This document shows positions 1 through 8,980 of a stretch of 58,884 nucleotides of DNA, in pieces. The position numbers were made by a program, and so were the translations under genes. This stretch comes from an uncultured Armatimonadia bacterium (GTDB lineage: Bacteria > Armatimonadota > Zipacnadia > Zipacnadales > FEN-943), in the NCBI GenBank assembly GCA_964608495.1, contig CAZSOQ010000002.1, positions 1-58,884 of the forward strand, given 5' to 3'. Under the pieces are notes generated by a model. The model saw only the letters and a program-made list of their open reading frames with translations. It did no database searches and had not been told where the DNA came from. Position 1 is the first letter of the stretch. Every line of letters begins with the position of its first letter.

Positions 1-38
1 GTCGTCTTGGCCCTCGGGCTTGCCCTTACGGCGCTTGC

Positions 39-2009
39 TCACGACTCGCTCACCCGCAGCAGCAGGAACCGTCTCGAGGGCATGGGCTCGGGCACCAGCA
101 GCCCCTTCGCGAGGCCCTCGATCAGCAGATCGTGCAGCTTCTCCTTCGTCTCGCCCAGGGGCCCGAAGAACTGCTGGTTGATGAGCAGGTAGTCAATCCC
201 CAGCCGGCGGTACTCGCCCGCCAGCTTCTCGGGCGTGTCGGCCGCCTGGTAGTCAATCAGCAGGCTGTGGCCGGGGTCGGCCCACAGGTAGGGCCGGTCC
301 AGGTAGAACAGCCGCGGCTCGCCGTAGGTCCCGATGAGCGCGTCGGGTGGGGTGTAGCGGTTCACCTGGGCGATCGGGGCGTAGCAGTCGAGGTTCAGGG
401 CGAGATGGGCCCGGGCGTCGGCCAGGCCGAGCGCGACCGGCGCCAGGGGTACCACCTGCCAGACCAGAAACACCAGCGCCATCAGGCTCCAGACCACCGC
501 GAGGGTCCTGAAGACCGCCCCGACGGGCCGCTCGGCCCGCATCAACCACGCCAGGGCCAGCCCGGCCAGCGGCGCGGTCAGGGCCAGCCAGGGCAGCAGG
601 TAGCGCTGTAGCTGGGTCGTCTGCAGCCACCAGAGCCAGAAGGCCGCGAAGATCAGGGCCAGCCAGCCGGCCGCGGGGGGCTTGCGCCGCCGGAGGACCG
701 CCAGCAGCGGCGCCAGGCCCAGGTACATGGGACCCACGCTCAGCATCACGATCGCCGTCATCCGGGGCTGGCGCGGCGAGTAGTACTCGGGCATCCAGGT
801 CAGGGTGAAGGGGGCGATCAGCATCATCAGGGGGCTGCGCGGCCCCGAGAGACGCTTCTGGAGCGCCGACAGCTCGTGCCACTCGTGCTCGGCGGGTAGC
901 TTGCCGTACCCGAAGCTCGCGTGGTGGTAGGCGTAGGGCCGGGCCTGGGCTGAGGACCACTGCTTGCCGCCGAAGAGCCCGTAGGCGAAGGGATACACGG
1001 GGTTGCCCGTGAGGACCCAGCTCTTGATGTACCAGGGCGCGGCCAGGGCCCCGGCCAGGGCCGCGTAGACGAGCAGCGGCCTCAGTCCCCGCCGCAGGCG
1101 CACCGCCCACACCATAGCCGCCAGCAGCAGGACGCCGAAGGTGAACAGGCCCTGCATCTTGATGGCCATGCCCGCGCCGGCCATGAGCCCCGCTCGGGCC
1201 ATGTCGCCGCGGGCGTCGGTCTGGCGCCAGGCGAGCACGTAGTCGGCCGCGAGCAGGGAGAAGAACACGCTGCTCAGGTCCACGTAGCCTACCGTTGCGA
1301 GCCAGCCGAAGAGGGGCGTGGTCATCAGGACCCACAGGGCCGGGCCGCCGGCCTCCGGGGCCACGTGGCGGCGCGTCAGCCTCCAGACGGCCAGCAACGA
1401 GAGGACGGCGAAGCCCCAGTGGAAGAGCTTGGCCGCGCCCTGGCCGCCCAGCGCCAGGCCTAGGCTATAGAGCATCACCATCGTGGCCGGGAACTGGCTG
1501 TGGTGGTCGAACCACAGGGGCTCGACGCGCCCCGCCCGCAGGTAGCTCTTGGCCTGGGCCAGATGCTCGCCGATGCCGTCCCAGTCGCGGGCGTCGGAAG
1601 GCCCCAGGACGCCCAGGAAGGTGAGGGCAAGCCAGAGGAGCGCGAGGGCGTAGAGGAACCCGTGGGGCGACCGGCGCAGGGCCGGCAGTGCACGTCGCAG
1701 CAGTCTCACCGCGGCCCTGAACAGCTCCGGCAGAGCGCGAGCGCCGACGATCAGGAAGGCCGCCGGGAGGGCGATCAGCACCGGGCGCGACAGGCCGCCC
1801 AGCAGCCCCGCGGCTAGCACGCAGTAGGCCAGGAGGACGAAGCCCAGCCCGCCGGCGGCCAGGAAGCGCGGTCCCTCATCGGTCCGCGACCAGCCCAGAG
1901 CCCGCCAGAGGGTCCAGCCCACACCAAAGGCTCCCAGCGAGGCCGCCGCCCACACGGCGATCGCCAGGGGAGCCGGAGCGAGATTGGGCGCCGCAAGCCA
2001 GTCAGGCAT
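39..2009 (-). CDS. Polytopic GT-C fold membrane glycosyltransferase (GT39/PMT_2/ArnT-like)
   Basis: 656-aa ORF. About a dozen hydrophobic helices span the first ~500 aa, followed by a ~150-aa soluble C-terminal domain. This architecture is typical of lipid-phosphate-sugar dependent glycosyltransferases. Family assigned by eye only. Confidence 0.55.
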   Translation of the reverse strand: MPDWLAAPNLAPAPLAIAVWAAASLGAFGVGWTLWRALGWSRTDEGPRFLAAGGLGFVLLAYCVLAAGLLGGLSRPVLIALPAAFLIVGARALPELFRAAVRLLRRALPALRRSPHGFLYALALLWLALTFLGVLGPSDARDWDGIGEHLAQAKSYLRAGRVEPLWFDHHSQFPATMVMLYSLGLALGGQGAAKLFHWGFAVLSLLAVWRLTRRHVAPEAGGPALWVLMTTPLFGWLATVGYVDLSSVFFSLLAADYVLAWRQTDARGDMARAGLMAGAGMAIKMQGLFTFGVLLLAAMVWAVRLRRGLRPLLVYAALAGALAAPWYIKSWVLTGNPVYPFAYGLFGGKQWSSAQARPYAYHHASFGYGKLPAEHEWHELSALQKRLSGPRSPLMMLIAPFTLTWMPEYYSPRQPRMTAIVMLSVGPMYLGLAPLLAVLRRRKPPAAGWLALIFAAFWLWWLQTTQLQRYLLPWLALTAPLAGLALAWLMRAERPVGAVFRTLAVVWSLMALVFLVWQVVPLAPVALGLADARAHLALNLDCYAPIAQVNRYTPPDALIGTYGEPRLFYLDRPYLWADPGHSLLIDYQAADTPEKLAGEYRRLGIDYLLINQQFFGPLGETKEKLHDLLIEGLAKGLLVPEPMPSRRFLLLRVSES

Positions 2010-2060
2010 CGCACGGTCTCTCCGGTAGGAAGACGGGCGGCTAGACGGTAGCAGGACCCG

Positions 2061-2083
2061 CCCGGGCCTTCAACAAGCCCGGG
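2061..2083 (-). terminator. GC-rich hairpin in the 78-nt spacer between the dehydratase-like gene and the GT39-like gene (no U-tract)
   Basis: Perfect 7-bp inverted repeat cccgggc-N9-gcccggg. Confidence 0.25.
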
Positions 2084-2087
2084 AACG

Positions 2088-3134
2088 TCACCCGCGGCCC
2101 CGCGCCTCTCCCCGGGCCCTGCGCTTGCGTGCGGCGAGGGACTCCGCGAAGGCCTCGAGGCGCAGAGCCGTCCGCGCGTCCAGCGGTCCGGGGGCGTCGC
2201 CTTCGAGGGTCAGGACGGGCATCGCCACGGAGTCCTTGAGCAGCGAGTCCTGGATATGCCGGAAGCAGAAGCTCTGGACGTAGTGGATCAGCCCGTCCAG
2301 CGATCGCAGCTCCGCCTGCCGGTTGATGTCGCGCAGGCGGTCGAAGAGCGAGTAGGGGTAGGTGTAGCGGCGGTACTGAGTGAGCAGGTCGGCGTCCAGA
2401 CTGTCGGCCATCGTGAACTGGCGCTGAGTCTCATTGAAGAGCACCCGCGCGCCCCGGGCCTCCAGGAAGTCATAGAGGTCTGTGAAGATCGGCGGCACGC
2501 CCGCGTAGCCCAGCCTCAGGGCCGGGGGAGCAGGCTCGCGCGCCTCGGCCTGGGCCAGGAACTCCTCGAGCTGGCGGGCGAAGGAGACCGGATCGCCATT
2601 GAAGTCGCTGGACTGGACCTGCCACAGGTGGTTCTCCTGCCCCGTGACCTTATGCTCCCGCCACGTGAGCTGATCCAGGTAGGCCAGCCGCCGCCGCAGG
2701 GGCGCGAGGGCCTCCCGCACCTCCTCGGCCGCCTCCCAGCTCGTGCCCAGGCTGACGCAGAGACGCTGGATCTGGCGTCGCAGCAGCTCCTCGTCGCGGT
2801 CGTAGGGGTAGGCGAAGGGGATGACCTCGATGCCCAGGACCTGCCAGGTGTCCACCATGGCGTGGGTCTGACTGCAGTCGCCTTCGGTCACAGCGATGAT
2901 GCGCCTGACGCCGCAGGCCCGGGCCGTGGAGTAGAGCCCCCGTATCCAGCCACAGCAATTGCGGGGATAGCCGGCCAGCTCGGCCTGGCGCACGAGGGAC
3001 TGGGGGTCCAGCGCCGTGATGAAGACGTTGTTGAGGTCCACCGGCACCAGGCCGGCGGCGAGCACCACCTCCACCGGGATGGTGGTGGTCATGCCTAGGT
3101 AGGACGGATCGGACAGATCGGGCAGCTCAGGCAT
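2088..3134 (-). CDS. 2-hydroxyacyl-CoA dehydratase family protein (HgdB/BcrC/BadD-like, short form)
   Basis: ORF 2088..3719 trimmed to the ATG at 3134 (MPELPDLSDPSYLGMTTTIPVE...). The discarded upstream part is Arg/Pro/Gly junk. Cys motifs RNCCGWIRG and EGDCSQTH are present. The start overlaps the upstream stop (TGATG at 3132-3136). Confidence 0.75.
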   Translation of the reverse strand: MPELPDLSDPSYLGMTTTIPVEVVLAAGLVPVDLNNVFITALDPQSLVRQAELAGYPRNCCGWIRGLYSTARACGVRRIIAVTEGDCSQTHAMVDTWQVLGIEVIPFAYPYDRDEELLRRQIQRLCVSLGTSWEAAEEVREALAPLRRRLAYLDQLTWREHKVTGQENHLWQVQSSDFNGDPVSFARQLEEFLAQAEAREPAPPALRLGYAGVPPIFTDLYDFLEARGARVLFNETQRQFTMADSLDADLLTQYRRYTYPYSLFDRLRDINRQAELRSLDGLIHYVQSFCFRHIQDSLLKDSVAMPVLTLEGDAPGPLDARTALRLEAFAESLAARKRRARGEARGRG

Positions 3135-3907
3135 CAGGGAGCCCCCAGAACGCGGTGGCACTGAGGGATGATCCGCACGTCCGTGAAGTAGCGGGCCGCC
3201 AGGTCGAGCATCTCCTGAAGGCGCGAGAAGCGCGGAGGCTTCAGGCCGCCCACGGGTGTGAGAGGCTGGAGCACCAGGATCAGCTCTCGTCGGGCCCTCG
3301 CCACCACCTCGAGGCCCTCGCGCAGCTCGGCCAGACCCACCAGGTCTGCCACGGGCACCTTCAGGATGAGCTCGGCCTGGCAGGCCGCCGCCGAGCGACC
3401 GAACACCTCCAGCGGCACGGGCCTGCGAAGGGTGGACGGCAGCTTCAGGTCCATCGAGACCCAGGAGGTGAAGGGGCTGACGCGCGCCATCGCGGCCGTA
3501 CGGTGGCCGGCGGTCTCCAGGTACACGGGCAGGTCGGCCTGCTGAAGAGCGCCCGCCAGGCCCAGGCAGAAGTCGGCGTACAGCAGCGGCTCGCCGCCCG
3601 TGAGGACGCAGGAGTGAACGGCCGGGCCGGGATGGGCGGCCCGTAGCTCCTGGAGGGCCGCCATCACGCGCGAGAGGGTCACGGGATTCGGGACCAGCAC
3701 GTGCTCCCCGTCGGGCCATTCGACGCGGGCGGCCAGCGGGCAGCAGCGGGCGTGGGGCGTGTCGCAGTAGAGGCAGTCAAGGTCGCACCCCGCGAGGCGG
3801 ACGAAGATCTGCGGCACTCCCACCAGCGGCCCTTCCCCCTGCACCGAGCGGAACACCTCAGCGACGGGAGCGGCCAGCTCTAGGGTACCCACCGCACCTT
3901 GCTGCAC
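3134..3907 (-). CDS. QueE-like / COG0602-type radical SAM enzyme (7-carboxy-7-deazaguanine synthase-like)
   Basis: FRSVQGEGPLVGVPQIFVRLAGCDLDCLYCDT carries a CX3CX2C cluster motif preceded by the QGEG box. GTG start at 3907 lies 7 nt after AGGTGA. The gene overlaps the DUF366 gene by 28 nt. Confidence 0.8.
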   Translation of the reverse strand: MQQGAVGTLELAAPVAEVFRSVQGEGPLVGVPQIFVRLAGCDLDCLYCDTPHARCCPLAARVEWPDGEHVLVPNPVTLSRVMAALQELRAAHPGPAVHSCVLTGGEPLLYADFCLGLAGALQQADLPVYLETAGHRTAAMARVSPFTSWVSMDLKLPSTLRRPVPLEVFGRSAAACQAELILKVPVADLVGLAELREGLEVVARARRELILVLQPLTPVGGLKPPRFSRLQEMLDLAARYFTDVRIIPQCHRVLGAP

Positions 3908-4434
3908 GCAGCGGTCACCTGCCGCACCTCGTCGGCGTAGCGCTCGGTCACCAGGTCGCCGACCTGGAGGGGGTCCAGGCCGAGTTCGGCCAGGCCGATG
4001 GCCGGCACGGGAGCGCCGGCAGGATCAAGGTTGATGCCCAGGTGGATCAGGGACGAGACGGGCGAGACGGTGGCGATGGAGACTGAGAGCTTGCGCTCGC
4101 GGGCGAAGAGGTCGTCGCCGCGGCGGAGGATAGGCTCCCTGGCCAGCTCGCCCAGCACGCCGGCCGCGACGGCGCACAGCAGATACTGGCGGAGCACGGC
4201 GCGGTGCAGGTCCTGGTCGAAGTGCTCCGCGATGAAATGGAGCATCTGGGCGGCCCGGATGATCTCCTGCTGGCGGCGATCCACCAGGTCCACGAGGGCG
4301 TCGGTGGTCACGTCCGCCGGGCCAGCGAACTGGACGACGACGTCCCCCTGGACACCGAACCTCTCATAGGCCCAATGGGAGCGGAGCTGCGAGCCGTCGT
4401 AGGCGATCTGCTCGCGGCAACGCACCACGTTCAT
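3880..4434 (-). CDS. DUF366-family protein (function unknown, family mostly archaeal)
   Basis: 184 aa. The N-terminus IAYDGSQLRSHWAYERFG and the overall length recall DUF366. ATGA overlap with the upstream gene at 4431-4434. Family recalled from memory, not HMM-verified. Confidence 0.55.
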   Translation of the reverse strand: MNVVRCREQIAYDGSQLRSHWAYERFGVQGDVVVQFAGPADVTTDALVDLVDRRQQEIIRAAQMLHFIAEHFDQDLHRAVLRQYLLCAVAAGVLGELAREPILRRGDDLFARERKLSVSIATVSPVSSLIHLGINLDPAGAPVPAIGLAELGLDPLQVGDLVTERYADEVRQVTAACSKVRWVP

Positions 4435-5117
4435 TGCGTCTTGTCCCCGGTAGCGCGGCGGCTTGACCGGTAGCGCAGATACTCGATGGCCACCAGCGCC
4501 GGCGGCACGTCACAGTAAGTGGCGAGCTTGTCGCAGATGCGGTTCAGCTCGCGGTCATGGAAGACCTTGCCGTCCGGGTCGTCGGCCCGGATCGCCGTGT
4601 CCGTGTCGTACACCATGCTCAACGCCTTGATAAGCATCCGCGCCTGGTTGATGGGGTAGCGGCGGGCCTGCGCCGAGCTGAAGAACTTGATGAGCGCGTC
4701 GTTCAGATCACCCCAGGCACGCACCGAGGCCGCGCGGGCCTCCACCTGGCGAACGTGGTCCTCGGCCCGCTCCTCCGTGAGGCGCGCCACCTGCTTGACG
4801 CGCCGCCAGGCCTCCATCGTGTCGCCCTCGATGATGCGGACCTCCAGTCGGTGGCCCGTGCGGGCAAGAAGGATCTCTTGGATGCGGGCGCGGTTGCTTG
4901 CCGTCTGCAGGTAGCCGGCATGGCGCATATCGCGGGGGCTGAAGCCGATGACCAGCGCGCCGTCCTCGATGCACAGGGGCTTCGCCTGGGCAGCGGCGTC
5001 CCAGAGGCCGCGGTTCACGGCACCACGATGCAAGCCGGCGATCACCGCCTGCCAAAGCTCCCCGACGTCTATGTCGGTCAGGTCGGTCGGCTTGCCAGAG
5101 TTGTCACTCCCGGCCAT
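4431..5117 (-). CDS. Hypothetical protein with DnaA-domain-I-like N-terminal half
   Basis: ORF 4431..5288 trimmed to the ATG at 5117, which lies 7 nt after GGGAGG. ELWQAVIAGL...GLWDAAAQAKPLCIEDGALVIGFSP...IQEILLARTGHRLEVRIIEG follows the DnaA_N pattern (LWqqvl..L...W..pl.p..ledg.l.l..P). Confidence 0.5.
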   Translation of the reverse strand: MAGSDNSGKPTDLTDIDVGELWQAVIAGLHRGAVNRGLWDAAAQAKPLCIEDGALVIGFSPRDMRHAGYLQTASNRARIQEILLARTGHRLEVRIIEGDTMEAWRRVKQVARLTEERAEDHVRQVEARAASVRAWGDLNDALIKFFSSAQARRYPINQARMLIKALSMVYDTDTAIRADDPDGKVFHDRELNRICDKLATYCDVPPALVAIEYLRYRSSRRATGDKTQ

Positions 5118-5163
5118 GTGGACGCCTCCCGGGGCAAGTTTCGTCCTCCCCCTGGTCGCCCTG

Positions 5164-5172
5164 ATTATATCA
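5164..5172 (-). promoter_or_regulatory. Extended -10 element (TGaTATAAT on the minus strand) for the 5117->2088 operon
   Basis: The plus strand reads attatatca, whose reverse complement is TGATATAAT. It lies ~45 nt upstream of the ATG at 5117 in a divergent intergenic region. Confidence 0.5.
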
Positions 5173-5302
5173 CAGCGTATGCGCGGTCGGAAGAAGAGCG
5201 GCCTAGGGTGAGACGGCGAGACGCTCACGACGAGGAGGAGCACGCCCGGACGCCGAACTGCCCTCGCACGTAACCAATACAGCTCCATGGGGTGGACCGA
5301 CC

Positions 5303-8300
5303 ATGAGAACGCTCGCCCTTGCGGCCATACTGTGCTGCGCGCCAGCCCTGGCGGGCACGACCCTCTACGTGGCGACGGATGGCAGTGACGCCTGGACGGG
5401 CGCCCTGGAGCGGCCGAACGCGGCCAGGTCCGACGGGCCCTTCGCCTCGATGGAGAGAGCGCGCGACGCGGTCCGCGCCCTCAGGAAGGCGGGGGCCGCG
5501 GCGGAGCCGATCACCGTTCAGGTGCGTGGCGGCACCTATGGGCTCGACCGGACCCTGGTGTTCTCGGCTGACGACTCCGGCACCGAGGACAACCCCGTGA
5601 CCTACCGCGCCTTTCCCGGGGAGACGGTGGTGCTGACCGGGGGGAGGCCGGTGAAGGGCTGGCGGAAGGACGCGGGGGACGTCTACGTTGCCGACCTGGC
5701 CGCCCAGGGCTTCGACGACTTCCGTTTCCGCGAGCTGTTCCTCAAGGGCGAGCGGCAGATCCTCGCGCGTTACCCCAACTACGACCCGGCGCATCCGGTG
5801 ACGGGCGGGCTGCTCTATGTGGAAGACACGGCCGCCCAGAACAAGAGCAGCTTCCACTACAAGGAGGGGACGATCCCCTTCGACGAGTGGGGCCCCGTCC
5901 CCCAGGCCGAGGTCAACATCTTCCCATATCACTGCTGGGATCACAACATCCTGCGCGTGGCCAAGGTTGACACGGAGCTGAGCCTGATCACGCTGCGCTA
6001 CACGGTGGCGGGCTCGATCTTCGTGGGCAACCGCTACTTCATCCAGAACGTGCGTGGCACCCTGGACGCCCCCGCCGAGTGGTTCTGTGACTGGGTGACG
6101 GGCAAGCTGTACTTCTACCCCCCGGCGGGAGTGGCCCCGGGCGACGGCGACGTGGCCGTGCCGGTGCTCGAGAACATCGTGGAGTTCTCAGGGACCACGG
6201 AGGCGCCGGTGGGGCACATCAGGTTCCACGGGTTCAGGCTGGAGCACGCCCGAATGGACGCGATCGCGCTTGAGGGCGCCCGTCACTGCGAGATCACGGG
6301 CAACACGATCACCCAGGTCGGCGGCGTGGGGGTCAACGTCGGGTACCTGCGCAACGCCAGCAGAGGCGTGGGCCTGCCGTGGCGCAAGCCCGCAGCTACC
6401 AGGGTCAACGTGCACTCAGGCGACCGGTCGCTCATCTTCGGCTACCCCTGCAGCGAGTGTCGGGTCGCGGGCAACGACATCTTCTCCACGGGCGGCGAGG
6501 GTATCGTCCTCGGCGGCACGGGCAACACGGCCGACAACAATCACCTGTACAGCACCGGGCTGTACGACAGAGTGTGCGCGGGCCTCACGATCTGCGGCGA
6601 CGAGAACGTCGCCTCACACAATGTGATACACGAGGTGCCGCGGGACGGGATCTTCATCAACGGCAAGCTGAACGTGGCCGAGTACAACGAGATCAGGAAC
6701 TCGATGCTCTACACGGCGGACAATGCGGGCATCGCCCTGCGCCAGCACGACGTGAGCCAGGCCGTCGTGAACCGGGGCAATGTGCTGCGCTACAACCGCC
6801 TGCTCGACGTCGTCGGCTACGGCAGCTACCCGCACTGCACGCACCCGGGAGACGGCTTCGCGTCGCCCTTCTGCAGCTTCGGGATCTACCTCGACGGCTC
6901 CATCTGTGGCGTGACGGTGTACGGCAACATCATCGCGCGCTGTGGCGGCACCAGCGTGTTCGTCCAGTTCGGCGGGGACAACACCATCGAGAACAACGTC
7001 TTCGTCGAGGGCGATGCGAAACGCGTGCAGTTCAACTCCATGATCTTCTTCGGCACCTTCATGCACACCGACTCCCAGGGCAAGTACAGGGACCAGGAGC
7101 CGCCCAACCAGTTCAAGCACAACATCTTCTACTACGGCGGGCCGGACACGGAGCTCTACCGCGTGGGGCACTGGGACAACGCTCCCACGTGGAACACAAA
7201 GCAGGCGCTCTTCGACGACAACCTGATCTGGCACAAGGGCCAGCCGGTCGCCGTGTGCATGCACAAGACCATGGACTACCAGTCGCTGGAGGATTGGCAG
7301 GCCCAGGGCTACGACACGCGGTCCATCGTGGCTGATCCGTTGTTCGTGGACGCGGCGACGGACGACTACCGACTGAGGCCGGAGTCGCCCGCCTACAGGG
7401 CGGGCTTCAAGGACATCAACGCCGAGATCGAGAAGATCGGCGCCTACCCGAGCGATGAGCGGGCCACGTGGCCGCTTCAGAACGCGGTGCTCGAGCGCGA
7501 GGAGCCCGTGGTGTTCGACTTCCCCAAGGAGCCCACGGCGATCGTGGACGGCTTCGAGCTGGCGCCCGTCGGGTCGCCGCCGGCCAAATCGCGGGTCAGC
7601 ACCGATGGCACCGGCAGCGCCATGGTCTGCGACGACGCCGCCAGGACCGGGAGGCACAGTCTGCGGTTCATTGACGCGCCGGACATCAAGAACCGCTGGG
7701 AGCCGCACGTGCAGTACGCGCCCCGCTACACCAGCGGCCCGGTGCACTTCTCCCTTGCCTTCATGAACAGCACCGAGGCACCCGCGGACTTCTACGTCGA
7801 GTTCCGGGACTGGGAGAAGGAGCTCCTCGTCGGGCCGACCTTCCGCGTCACTCGGGACGGCGAGTTCTACGTCAACGGCGCCCTCGGCGCCAACGGCGAC
7901 GAGATCGCGCGGGTGCCCAGCGGCGAGTGGTGCGAGGTCACCCTTGACTTCGCCCTCGGCGACGAGGTGCCCAAGGAGTATACGCTCACGCTCGCCGTCC
8001 CCGGCCAAGACGATGTGGTGAGGAAGCTGCCCTTCCCCAACCCCCTCTTCAGGAACGTGACCTGGTTCGGGCTCTCAAGCCTTAGCACCGACCGGACGGT
8101 CTTCTACGTGGACGACATGGTCCTCGGGCCGGCCGGGTCAGAGAAGGTCACGAAGGCCGACTCCGCGCTTGCCATCAAGGGCGCCAGCCGGCCGCAGCCC
8201 CAGGTGAAGACAACGCTGGCCGAGCCCGACCGGCTCGTAGGCCACTGGCAGCTCGACGAGGACGGGTTCGAGCTCACCGACAGCTCGGGGAACGGGCTCA

Positions 8301-8908
8301 CGGGCGACCTGGGGGGCGTCGCGCGCGCCAGGGGGGACTTCGGCGGAGCGCTCTACCTGGACGGCGGCGGTGGAGCCGCCACGGTGCCCGACAGCCCGCT
8401 GCTGCAGTTCGGCACCGACGACTTCTCCATCGAGTGTTGGCTGCATCCGCTGGACCTGCAGGTCGCCTCCGAGCACAAGCGCCGGCGGATCATCGAGAAG
8501 GGCGGCTACCCCGCCACCTGGTGGAACGTGGACGTGTGGACCGATGGGAGGGTGCAGATGGAGATGGCCGACGAGAGCGCGGCGAGCGGCACGACCGTCT
8601 CCGAGGGCTCGACACCGGAGAAGGCCTGGACCCACGTCGTGATCGTCGTGGACCGCAAAGGCTTCACGACGAGCTACTACTTCAACGGGAAGCTCGACAG
8701 CACCCGCGACATACCCCAGGGCTTCACCGGGAACCTGAATGTGTCCGGCAAGGCCCTGTCCACCGGGACCTGGCAGCAGTACGTCGGTCTGATCGCGGAC
8801 CTGAGGATCTACCGCCGCGTGCTCGGGCAGGACGAGATCGCCCGCAGCTATGAGGCGGGGCGGGACAGGTACGTCTCAGGGGAGTTCAGGGCGATCTACG
8901 ATGACTGA
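5303..8908 (+). CDS. Secreted right-handed parallel beta-helix protein with C-terminal LamG (Laminin_G_3) domain
   Basis: Signal peptide MRTLALAAILCCAPALAGTT. The N-terminus TLYVATDGSD...ITVQVRGGTY is typical of pectate-lyase-fold proteins. Repeated GNxI beta-helix turns are present. The C-terminus LVGHWQLDEDG...SSGNGLTG...DDFSIECWLHP...LRIYRRVLGQDEI is a classic LamG_3 pattern. Confidence 0.8.
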   Translation: MRTLALAAILCCAPALAGTTLYVATDGSDAWTGALERPNAARSDGPFASMERARDAVRALRKAGAAAEPITVQVRGGTYGLDRTLVFSADDSGTEDNPVTYRAFPGETVVLTGGRPVKGWRKDAGDVYVADLAAQGFDDFRFRELFLKGERQILARYPNYDPAHPVTGGLLYVEDTAAQNKSSFHYKEGTIPFDEWGPVPQAEVNIFPYHCWDHNILRVAKVDTELSLITLRYTVAGSIFVGNRYFIQNVRGTLDAPAEWFCDWVTGKLYFYPPAGVAPGDGDVAVPVLENIVEFSGTTEAPVGHIRFHGFRLEHARMDAIALEGARHCEITGNTITQVGGVGVNVGYLRNASRGVGLPWRKPAATRVNVHSGDRSLIFGYPCSECRVAGNDIFSTGGEGIVLGGTGNTADNNHLYSTGLYDRVCAGLTICGDENVASHNVIHEVPRDGIFINGKLNVAEYNEIRNSMLYTADNAGIALRQHDVSQAVVNRGNVLRYNRLLDVVGYGSYPHCTHPGDGFASPFCSFGIYLDGSICGVTVYGNIIARCGGTSVFVQFGGDNTIENNVFVEGDAKRVQFNSMIFFGTFMHTDSQGKYRDQEPPNQFKHNIFYYGGPDTELYRVGHWDNAPTWNTKQALFDDNLIWHKGQPVAVCMHKTMDYQSLEDWQAQGYDTRSIVADPLFVDAATDDYRLRPESPAYRAGFKDINAEIEKIGAYPSDERATWPLQNAVLEREEPVVFDFPKEPTAIVDGFELAPVGSPPAKSRVSTDGTGSAMVCDDAARTGRHSLRFIDAPDIKNRWEPHVQYAPRYTSGPVHFSLAFMNSTEAPADFYVEFRDWEKELLVGPTFRVTRDGEFYVNGALGANGDEIARVPSGEWCEVTLDFALGDEVPKEYTLTLAVPGQDDVVRKLPFPNPLFRNVTWFGLSSLSTDRTVFYVDDMVLGPAGSEKVTKADSALAIKGASRPQPQVKTTLAEPDRLVGHWQLDEDGFELTDSSGNGLTGDLGGVARARGDFGGALYLDGGGGAATVPDSPLLQFGTDDFSIECWLHPLDLQVASEHKRRRIIEKGGYPATWWNVDVWTDGRVQMEMADESAASGTTVSEGSTPEKAWTHVVIVVDRKGFTTSYYFNGKLDSTRDIPQGFTGNLNVSGKALSTGTWQQYVGLIADLRIYRRVLGQDEIARSYEAGRDRYVSGEFRAIYDD

Positions 8909-8980
8909 GCCTGGCAAGCGGCCCGGCAAGGGACGCCCGAAGTCGCCGGATAGCAGGCGGCCGCAGGAGGCTGCCCGGCC

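Noticed and set aside
3135-3719. N-terminal extensions of tracked ORFs: 2088..3719, 4431..5288, 20611..21579, 21423..22139, 22052..24028, 22927..24081, 25169..26386, 33738.., 39668.. and 49925..
   Set aside because: The extensions overlap upstream genes in another frame and translate to RPG-rich junk. Internal starts with GGAGG-type SDs or ATGA/TGATG coupling give proteins of canonical length that begin at the conserved family N-termini.
3134-3907. Assigning the gene symbol queE and a role in queuosine biosynthesis.
   Set aside because: The motif set is shared by all COG0602 enzymes. No other queuosine genes are in the window, and the tight coupling to DUF366 and a dehydratase-like protein argues for a paralogous function. 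I kept the call at family level.
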